Part shown: piece after piece, positions 45,524 to 52,021 of the stretch
How positions within the stretch are numbered: position 1 is the first letter of the stretch
How the letters are laid out: every line of letters starts with the position of its first letter
Assembly (NCBI GenBank): GCA_964472945.1
Contig: CAYYNM010000002.1
Location: 1 to 52,021, forward strand
DNA: 52,021 nt
Direction of reading: 5' to 3'
From: an uncultured Methylomarinum sp.
GTDB taxonomy: Bacteria; Pseudomonadota; Gammaproteobacteria; Methylococcales; Methylomonadaceae
Position numbers and translations under genes: made by a program
The notes under the pieces: generated by a model
What the model was told of the DNA's origin: nothing
Databases searched by the model: none
The model's input: the letters and a program-made list of their open reading frames with translations, nothing else

Positions 45524-46771
45524 ATGAAACATATAAATAATATGAAAAATACGCATTTGATTTTTGTCCATAGTCTTTTTTATCCAGATTATTCTGCAGG
45601 TAGTCAAATGTTATCGGATTTAGCTTTTTATTTAGCAAAAAAAGGTATGAGTGTATCGGTTATTACAAGTAGGCAAATGTACGATGGAAGCGGCGATTTA
45701 TTACCTAGCTATGAAGAAATTAATAATGTAAAAGTTTTTCGTACTTGGTCTACAACTTTCGGAAGAAAAACATATACTGGAAGAATATTTGACTATTTAT
45801 CACTTGAAATATCATTAATTTTTAAGCTATTTAGAATCACAAAAAAACATAATATTGTTGTATTAATGACTGATCCGCCTTTATTAAATATTATTGCAAG
45901 ACCAATAATAGGCTTTAAAGGTGGAAAAGTCGTTAATTGGCTACAAGATTTATTTCCTGAGGTTGCTGTTGGAGCTGGATTACTTAAGAAATCATCTTTA
46001 ATAAATAAAATGATAACTAAACTGCGAAATATTTCGTTAAATAGATCTGAGAACAATATTGTTATTGGTCATCTCATGCAGGATTATTTACTCAAAGCAG
46101 GAATTGATCATAAAAAAGTTCTTCGAATTTCAAATTGGGCAGATGGAAGCGCTATAAAACCATTAGGCCGAGATGAAAATTCTATTCGATTAGAATGGGG
46201 ATTAAAGGATAAATTCGTTGTTGGTTATTCCGGAAATTTAGGTAAAGCTCATGATGTGAGTACTTTTTTAAGCGCGATAGAACAATTGCAAAACGAAGGC
46301 CACATTTGTTTTCTTTTTATCGGTAGTGGCGTAGGCATGAGGCAATTAGAAAAACATGTCATTGAAAATAAATTAAAAAATGTTTTATTTAAACCTTATC
46401 AGCCACGAGAAATTTTACACTTAACTTTAAGTGTCGCAGATATACATTGGGTAACATTAGAACCCCAAATGGAAGGGTTTATTGTTCCAAGCAAAATTTA
46501 TGGAATTCTTTCTGCAGGTAGGCCCATCATATTTCTAGGAGATAAAGAGGGTGAACTTTCAATAGAAGTTAATAAATTAAAGTGCGGGGTAGGTGTAGAA
46601 ATTGGTGATACTGAATCACTCGTTGATCTTATAAAAACTTATTCAACAGACATTGAGTCGATTCAAAAAATGGGTAATCGCGGAAGAGAAGCTTTTGAAG
46701 AGTTATATGATCTTCCCGTTTCAGCCAGTAAATTCCATACATTATTTAATGATATGAACTCGGTTAAATGA
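45524..46771 (+). CDS. GT-B glycosyltransferase, family 4 (WbuB/WcaI-like)
   Basis: 415 aa, with an alternative ATG at 45542. Motifs are 'FVHSLFYPDYSAGSQMLSDLAFYLAKKGMSVSVIT', 'GYSGNLGKAHD' and 'VPSKIYGILSAGRPIIF'. Confidence 0.8.
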   Translation: MKHINNMKNTHLIFVHSLFYPDYSAGSQMLSDLAFYLAKKGMSVSVITSRQMYDGSGDLLPSYEEINNVKVFRTWSTTFGRKTYTGRIFDYLSLEISLIFKLFRITKKHNIVVLMTDPPLLNIIARPIIGFKGGKVVNWLQDLFPEVAVGAGLLKKSSLINKMITKLRNISLNRSENNIVIGHLMQDYLLKAGIDHKKVLRISNWADGSAIKPLGRDENSIRLEWGLKDKFVVGYSGNLGKAHDVSTFLSAIEQLQNEGHICFLFIGSGVGMRQLEKHVIENKLKNVLFKPYQPREILHLTLSVADIHWVTLEPQMEGFIVPSKIYGILSAGRPIIFLGDKEGELSIEVNKLKCGVGVEIGDTESLVDLIKTYSTDIESIQKMGNRGREAFEELYDLPVSASKFHTLFNDMNSVK

Positions 46772-46822
46772 CTTGAATAAGACTCAATGAGTATCGTTAA
46801 TTGAAAATAGGGTGTTATTGAA

Positions 46823-47863
46823 GTGAGTTTCATTGAATTGTTTTTTGGTTCTGTATTAAACAGTATCCTATTTTTTGTCTATGTATTTATCGTCAATAGT
46901 GCGGGTGTCTTTCTATATAGAAAAATTGCAATTAGTTCGGGGATTCTTGCGAATCCAAACTATAGAACTCTTCATGAGTTTCCAGTTCCAAGAGGTGGTG
47001 GAATAGTTTTTTCTCTTATCTTTGTCATCGGTGTTTTTGTATTTTGGTACATTGATTTTCTATCCGAAGAGTTACTCATCATCTTAGGTTTTGGCGGAGC
47101 AGTGGCCGCATTATTTGGCTTTATTGATGACGTTTATAATATTAGGGCGAGTCGTAAACTATTAATACAAATTTTTTTGAGTATTTGGATATTATATTGG
47201 TTAGAGGGCGGTGATCTAGTACATGATACTGGGTTGTTAGGCATTATCACTATTCCACTCTTAATGCTTTTTATCGTTTGGATGATTAACGCTTACAATT
47301 TTATGGATGGAATAGATGGAATGGCAGTATCAGGTGCTTTTTATATAACGGGCACCCTTACACTAATCATGCTAATAACAAATGGTTCCTCAGAATTAGC
47401 CGTGCTCTTTGTCTTGTTAATGGCGAGCGTAGGCGCTTTTATGCTATTTAATTGGCCACCGGCAAGTATTTTTATGGGCGATTCTGGGAGTGTTTTCCTT
47501 GGTTATATTTTTGCTTCATTTATTCTTATATCAGTCGTACGAAATGAATTAAGTCTTTGGACTTGGCTTGTTATTTTTGGATATTTTTTCGCTGATACGA
47601 CAGTTACACAAATAGCGAGATTAATCCTCGTTAAAAAATGGTATGGCGCACACCGTAGTCATGCATACCAAAACCTTGCTAGGATAACGGGCAGTCATCT
47701 AAAAATAACAGGCGGAGTCGCTATTTATCATATTGCATGGTTATTACCTCTATCACTTTGGACTGTACTACAACCCGATAACGCGTTAGTTGCTGCGTTT
47801 CTTGCTGTTATTCCAGGGTTAGTCATAGCGTATAAATATGGTCCTGTTTTGTCATCATCCTAG
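46823..47863 (+). CDS. Polyprenyl-phosphate HexNAc-1-phosphate transferase (WecA/WbpL/MraY superfamily), the initiating enzyme
   Basis: 346 aa with a GTG start and ~10 TM helices. Motifs are 'VPRGGGIV', 'GFIDDVYNI', 'NAYNFMDGIDGM' and 'FMGDSGSVFLGY'. Confidence 0.85.
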   Translation: MSFIELFFGSVLNSILFFVYVFIVNSAGVFLYRKIAISSGILANPNYRTLHEFPVPRGGGIVFSLIFVIGVFVFWYIDFLSEELLIILGFGGAVAALFGFIDDVYNIRASRKLLIQIFLSIWILYWLEGGDLVHDTGLLGIITIPLLMLFIVWMINAYNFMDGIDGMAVSGAFYITGTLTLIMLITNGSSELAVLFVLLMASVGAFMLFNWPPASIFMGDSGSVFLGYIFASFILISVVRNELSLWTWLVIFGYFFADTTVTQIARLILVKKWYGAHRSHAYQNLARITGSHLKITGGVAIYHIAWLLPLSLWTVLQPDNALVAAFLAVIPGLVIAYKYGPVLSSS

Positions 47864-47871
47864 GAGGGTAA

Positions 47872-48588
47872 ATGAATAATAAAGCAATTACCGATGCCAA
47901 GGAGGCCGCTCGAAAAGAGCGTGAAATTTTTTCGAATAAAGCATACGAGTTAATAGCACGCGGGGTGGTGATTAGAGACCCTGAACGGCTTGATATTCGT
48001 GGAAATCTCACTTGTGGTGAAAATGTAGAAATTGATATTAATGTGATCATTGAAGGTGATGTTCTCTTAAGTGATGACGTCACTATTGGCGCCAATTGCA
48101 TTCTTAAAAACTGCAAAATTGGAAAAGGAACTTGCGTCAATCCTTATTCACTCGTCGAAGAGGCTACTGTAGGCGAACAAACTTTCATCGGTCCATATGG
48201 CCGACTTCGCCCGGGTTCCATAGTTGGCGATAACGTACAGATTGGAAATTTTGTCGAAATTAAAAACAGTAAAATTGATTCTCAATGTAGAATCAATCAT
48301 TTGTCGTTTGTCGGAGATTCGGAACTCTCGCCAAGTGTTACAATAGGAGCGGGTTCTATCACGTGTAATCATGATACGGTAAATGTAAATCGTACAGTTA
48401 TAGAAGAAGGGGCCTATGTTGGTTCTGGATGTAATTTGGTCGCTCCCATTACAATAGGAGAAAAATCGGTTGTTGGTTCCGGCTCAACAGTTACTGAAAA
48501 TGTTCCCGCAAATAAACTTGTTCTTGCAAGGTCACGACAAGTGACAATTGATAACTGGAGTGGTCCTAAAAGTCGTAATGATGGTTAG
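47872..48588 (+). CDS. Stand-alone left-handed beta-helix acetyltransferase equivalent to the GlmU C-terminal domain
   Basis: 238 aa. 'LDIRGNLTCGENVEIDINVIIEGDV', 'IGPYGRLRPGS', 'GNFVEIKNSKI', 'INHLSFVGDSEL', 'IGAGSITCNHD' and 'VGSGCNLVAPITIG' track the E. coli GlmU acetyltransferase half. There is no uridylyltransferase domain. Confidence 0.8.
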   Translation: MNNKAITDAKEAARKEREIFSNKAYELIARGVVIRDPERLDIRGNLTCGENVEIDINVIIEGDVLLSDDVTIGANCILKNCKIGKGTCVNPYSLVEEATVGEQTFIGPYGRLRPGSIVGDNVQIGNFVEIKNSKIDSQCRINHLSFVGDSELSPSVTIGAGSITCNHDTVNVNRTVIEEGAYVGSGCNLVAPITIGEKSVVGSGSTVTENVPANKLVLARSRQVTIDNWSGPKSRNDG

Positions 48589-49549
48589 TGTTAGAAAGAT
48601 TGCAGTTTGGGGCATGGGCAAGCATGCAATTAGCCGTATTTTGCCAGCGATAAGCGAAGTGAACGGTTTGCAATTAGTTGGCGTTTGTTCTCGTACGGAG
48701 AGTGTGGTCAAAGAATGTGTAGAAAACTTGAATTGTCAGGGCTGGACCGATCCATCTGACATGCTACAAGAACAAGATCTTGATATTATATACCTAGCAA
48801 CACCGATTGGTTTGCATGCAGATCAAGGTAAGAGAGTACTCCAAGCAGGTAAGCACCTGTGGTGTGAAAAGCCATTTACTTGTGAGCTTGCTCAAAGTGA
48901 AGAGCTTATAAGGCTTTCTCGGACAAAGGAATTAACAGTTGCAGAAGGTTTTATGTATCTGCATCATACACAATTTAAAGAAATACGTAATAGAATACAT
49001 GCTGGCCAACTAGGGGATATTAAGGAAGTTAGTTTGAGATTTGGTTTCCCTCTGCTCGAACGACCAGGCTTCCGTTATGAATCCAGTCTATGTGGAGGAG
49101 CATTATGGGATGTTGGAAGTTACTTCATTTCAGCTGCGCTCAATTTGTTTAGGAATGAGACGGTTACTGTAAAATATGTCGATTTACGTAAGTCAGATAA
49201 TTATAATGTTGATTTCGATGGCACGGTAATATTAGATTTTTCTGGTGGCGCACGCGTGATATCAACATGGCACATTGGTACTAGCTATAAAAATGAAATC
49301 GATGTCTGGGGAGAGGAAGGATCGCTCTATTCAGATAAAATATTTTCAAAGGTGGATGGTTATACTCCCGAGTTGAAAAGCCGCGATAAATATGGCGTGG
49401 AAACGAGCGAAACACTGGACTCAATGAATCAATTTGTAGAAATGTTTAATCAATTTTTGTCCTTATTAGAGTCAAAGGATGATGCAGAACATGAACGTAA
49501 AGACATAATTCACCGAGCAAGAGTGATGGATGAAATAGCACATTATTGA
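48578..49549 (+). CDS. Gfo/Idh/MocA-family oxidoreductase
   Basis: ATG 48578/48581 overlaps the upstream stop; the track ORF starts at 48548. Motifs are 'RKIAVWGMGKHA' and 'LWCEKPFTCE' (EKP motif). Confidence 0.75.
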   Translation: MMVSVRKIAVWGMGKHAISRILPAISEVNGLQLVGVCSRTESVVKECVENLNCQGWTDPSDMLQEQDLDIIYLATPIGLHADQGKRVLQAGKHLWCEKPFTCELAQSEELIRLSRTKELTVAEGFMYLHHTQFKEIRNRIHAGQLGDIKEVSLRFGFPLLERPGFRYESSLCGGALWDVGSYFISAALNLFRNETVTVKYVDLRKSDNYNVDFDGTVILDFSGGARVISTWHIGTSYKNEIDVWGEEGSLYSDKIFSKVDGYTPELKSRDKYGVETSETLDSMNQFVEMFNQFLSLLESKDDAEHERKDIIHRARVMDEIAHY

Positions 49550-49647
49550 TTCAACACAAAAAAGTTAAAAGTTTTAATATTGTCAAATACAAAAGAGAGA
49601 ATATTTACAGTTAAAAAATGAATATATTTTAATAGGAGATAGTTTTA

Positions 49648-50088
49648 ATGAATAAATGGCAAGATGTGAAATTAGATGATGAGACAATGTGGCCAAAAGA
49701 AGGCTTAGTCGAATTAGAAGCCCCGCATACTGATGATAGAGGCTATATTCAAAGTCTTGTTAACTTCCCAATGAAAAACCTCTCGTTGATTTCATCAAAG
49801 AAAGGCGCTGTTCGCTCTAATCATTATCATTTAACCGATTGGCACTATATGTATGTTTTGTCGGGTTCTTTTGATTACTTTTATAAACCAACAGATAGTG
49901 ATGAAGAATTGCAGTGTGTTCGGGTTAAGGCCGGTGAAATGATCTTTACTCCTCCTATGGAAGATCATGCGACAGTATTTTTGGAAGATTGTGATTTGTT
50001 GGCGATGAGTCGTAATCCACGAGATCAAAAAGCGTATGAAGAAGATGTTCGAAGAGTAATCTTAGTTGAACCAGAAGATATTAAATAA
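49648..50088 (+). CDS. Cupin-fold sugar-nucleotide isomerase/epimerase-like protein
   Basis: 146 aa. 'RGYIQSL...GAVRSNHYHLTDWHYMYVLSGSF...GEMIFTPPMEDHA' gives two cupin motifs. The size is similar to 3,4-ketoisomerase/WbuC-type cupins. Confidence 0.55.
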   Translation: MNKWQDVKLDDETMWPKEGLVELEAPHTDDRGYIQSLVNFPMKNLSLISSKKGAVRSNHYHLTDWHYMYVLSGSFDYFYKPTDSDEELQCVRVKAGEMIFTPPMEDHATVFLEDCDLLAMSRNPRDQKAYEEDVRRVILVEPEDIK

Positions 50089-51341
50089 TGTCTAATTCTA
50101 CTCACTATTTAAGAGATACTTGCAGAATGTGCGGTGAATCTTCATTAACGAAGGCAATGGCGCTCACGCCTACGCCTCCTGGAAATGATTTTCTCACCGA
50201 AGAAGAACTTGGACGTGATGAAGCTAAATATCCTTTAGAGTTGTACTTTTGTGAAGATTGTTTCCACGTACAGTTAGGTCATGTTGTTGATCCAAAAATT
50301 CTTTATCAAAAGAATTACACCTATGTGTCTGCAACATCGGCTCATTTTGTTAACCATCTTAAAAATTATGCTGTGGATATGGTAAAGCGTTTTGGCTTGA
50401 AGTCAGGCGCGTTAGTGAGTGATATTGGTTCAAATGATGGAACATGCTTAAGTTTTTTTAAAGATGCAGGCATGAAAGTAGTTGGGGTTGACCCAGCTAA
50501 AGAAATTGCTCTTAAAGCGACAGAAGATGGAATCGAAACGATAGGTGACTTTTTCAGTCATTCATTAGCTGTAGAGTTAAAAGAAAAATTTGGTCCTTGC
50601 AAATATATTACATCTCATAATGCGTGTGCGCATATTGATAACTTAATAGATGTTGCAAAAGGGGTTGAACATTGGTTGGATGATGATGGTATATTTGTCC
50701 TTGAAGTAGGTTATTTTGTCGATGTATATCAAAATACTTGGTTTGACACGATTTATCATGAACATGTTGACTATCATACTGTTGCGCCATTCGAAAATTT
50801 GTTTGCTCGTGTTGGTATGGAGCTCATTGATATTGAAAGAATTGATCCACAAGGTGGTTCAATTCGCGTCATGGCTCAAAAACAAGGTGGTAAACATCAA
50901 AGAGCGGCCTCTGTTGATGAGTTGATTGCTCTCGAGCATGAGCTTGGTCTGGATAAAGCTGAGACGTTACATGAATTCGATAAAAAGATTAGTCTTGTAA
51001 GAGATAATCTACAGAAATTAGTTCACTCTCTAAAAGAAGACGGTAAAGTTATTGCGGGCTTTGGTGCACCAACTAAAGCAACAACACTAATGGCTCATTT
51101 TGGTTTGGATGAAAAAGTGCTGGATTTCATAGTTGATGATAATCCCTTAAAGCAGGGACTATATACTCCGATAACGCATATCCCAGTATTATCGTCAGAA
51201 GCACTTTATGAACGCAAGCCAGATTACGTTCTCATCTTAGCTTGGAATTTTGCAGAGCCAATAATGAAAATGCAAGAAAGGTATGGGAAAGAGATAGGTC
51301 AATTTATTGTACCGATGCCTATACCTCAAATTGTTAAATAA
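50088..51341 (+). CDS. NDP-hexose C-methyltransferase family protein (Zn-ribbon, SAM-MTase and C-terminal domains)
   Basis: 417 aa with a TAATG overlap. 'CRMCGESSL...CEDCFHVQL' is a Cys4 motif and 'VSDIGSNDGTCL' is the SAM motif. 'HNACAHIDN' and a long C-terminal domain give the architecture of TylC3-type C-methyltransferases. Confidence 0.75.
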   Translation: MSNSTHYLRDTCRMCGESSLTKAMALTPTPPGNDFLTEEELGRDEAKYPLELYFCEDCFHVQLGHVVDPKILYQKNYTYVSATSAHFVNHLKNYAVDMVKRFGLKSGALVSDIGSNDGTCLSFFKDAGMKVVGVDPAKEIALKATEDGIETIGDFFSHSLAVELKEKFGPCKYITSHNACAHIDNLIDVAKGVEHWLDDDGIFVLEVGYFVDVYQNTWFDTIYHEHVDYHTVAPFENLFARVGMELIDIERIDPQGGSIRVMAQKQGGKHQRAASVDELIALEHELGLDKAETLHEFDKKISLVRDNLQKLVHSLKEDGKVIAGFGAPTKATTLMAHFGLDEKVLDFIVDDNPLKQGLYTPITHIPVLSSEALYERKPDYVLILAWNFAEPIMKMQERYGKEIGQFIVPMPIPQIVK

Positions 51342-51379
51342 AAAAATTGAGATAACAAAACTTAATACGGAAACTCTAA

Positions 51380-52021
51380 ATGACAAAAAAAAGGGTCCTC
51401 GTTGTATCACCTCATCCTGATGATGAAACACTGGGTGTCGGTGGAACAATAGCAAAATATTCTGCTGAAGGTCATGAAGTTCATGTTTTAATGATATCGG
51501 GTCATCTACCACCGTTATATAAACGTGAAGATTATGAAAAAACGGTAGATGAAGCACATCGTGCTTTTAAGGTTTTAGGTGTGACAAAGTCAGACTTTCT
51601 AGAACTACCCGCCACAATGATAGGCGATCTTCCTTTGCATGAAGTAAACGGTAAAATCTGTAAAATTGTGGATGATTTCAGTCCGCATATTGTTTTCTGT
51701 CCGTACCCAGATCGCCATATCGATCACCGTCTTGTATTTGATAGTGTGATGGTTGCTACAAGACCTGTTGGCAAGGGCAAAGATATTGAAATTGTTGCGG
51801 CGTATGAAACTTTATCTGAAACACACTGGAATGCACCACATATAGAACCGAATTTTACTCCGAACTGGGTTATTGATATCACCAGTACGATTGATAAAAA
51901 AATCGAAGCATTAAAATCTTATGAGTCTCAAATTTCCGATTTTCCTGGACCTAGATCAATTGAGGCCGTAGAAGCACTAGCTAAATTTAGAGGAACACAG
52001 GCAGGTTTTGCTTATGGTGAA
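51380..52021 (+). CDS. PIG-L/LmbE-family N-deacetylase (3'-partial, runs off the window)
   Basis: I translated this by hand from ATG 51380: 'MTKKRVLVVSPHPDDETLGVGGTIAKY...FCPYPDRHIDHRLV...'. The PHPDDE and HxDH metal-binding motifs are present. It is not in the ORF track because there is no stop before the window end. Confidence 0.8.
   Translation, partial: MTKKRVLVVSPHPDDETLGVGGTIAKYSAEGHEVHVLMISGHLPPLYKREDYEKTVDEAHRAFKVLGVTKSDFLELPATMIGDLPLHEVNGKICKIVDDFSPHIVFCPYPDRHIDHRLVFDSVMVATRPVGKGKDIEIVAAYETLSETHWNAPHIEPNFTPNWVIDITSTIDKKIEALKSYESQISDFPGPRSIEAVEALAKFRGTQAGFAYGE

Noticed and set aside
1-52021. Searched by eye for tRNA/rRNA genes, CRISPR repeats, IS elements, integrases, toxin-antitoxin pairs and defence-system hallmarks
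   Set aside because: I found none. Every long ORF fits sugar-nucleotide synthesis, glycan assembly/export or regulation. The only repeat structure of note is the 33-bp direct repeat reported above.

Overview
This 52-kb, low-GC window is one surface-glycan (LPS O-antigen or capsule-type) biosynthesis locus from a Gram-negative, probably gammaproteobacterial, genome; I cannot name the species. Every convincing gene is on the + strand (about 50 CDS, many with overlapping stop/start codons). I saw no tRNA, rRNA, CRISPR array, transposase or integrase.

Layout:
- 75-2522: wzz chain-length determinant, a MarR-type EPS regulator overlapping an RfaH paralogue, then a perfect ops element (GGCGGTAGCGTG) in a JUMPStart-like leader.
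- 2567-5369: GDP-fucose synthase with no gmd partner in the window, and a fused MsbA/PglK-like ABC exporter.
- 5425-11836: legionaminic-acid-type nonulosonic acid core (LegB/LegC/NeuB/NeuD/NeuA-like), with an embedded GT-A protein and a Gfo/Idh/MocA oxidoreductase.
- 11833-22136: decoration and supply block. It holds a DegT aminotransferase, two unknown proteins, a sulfotransferase, a formyltransferase-like enzyme, a PP-loop N-acetyl-sugar amidotransferase, an amidase-signature enzyme, a Zn-ribbon methyltransferase and a CBS-nucleotidyltransferase (PtmE-like).
- 24344-30244: a second, self-contained ulosonic-acid pathway that appears to run through a phosphorylated intermediate. It encodes a SIS isomerase, a KdsC-like phosphatase, a SAF-less NeuB-like synthase, a TIM-barrel epimerase, a second cytidylyltransferase and three tandem SDRs.
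- 22353-23855 and 30356-31708: one large orphan protein follows each CMP-sugar block; both are candidate ulosonic-acid transferases.
- 31688-35000: an MBOAT plus SGNH-like O-acylation cassette bracketed by a 33-bp direct repeat that duplicates the junction of the two neighbouring genes.
- 34994-47863: a Wzy/WaaL-like polymerase, three GT4 glycosyltransferases, four methyltransferases, WecB/WecC (ManNAcA) and a WecA/WbpL-type initiating transferase.
- 47872-52021: a stand-alone GlmU acetyltransferase domain, an oxidoreductase, a cupin, an NDP-hexose C-methyltransferase and a partial PIG-L deacetylase.

The leads I consider most interesting are the second ulosonic-acid pathway, the repeat-flanked O-acylation cassette, the amidotransferase-amidase pairing and the cis RfaH/ops module. 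All functional calls come from motif and architecture recognition by eye; no searches were run.
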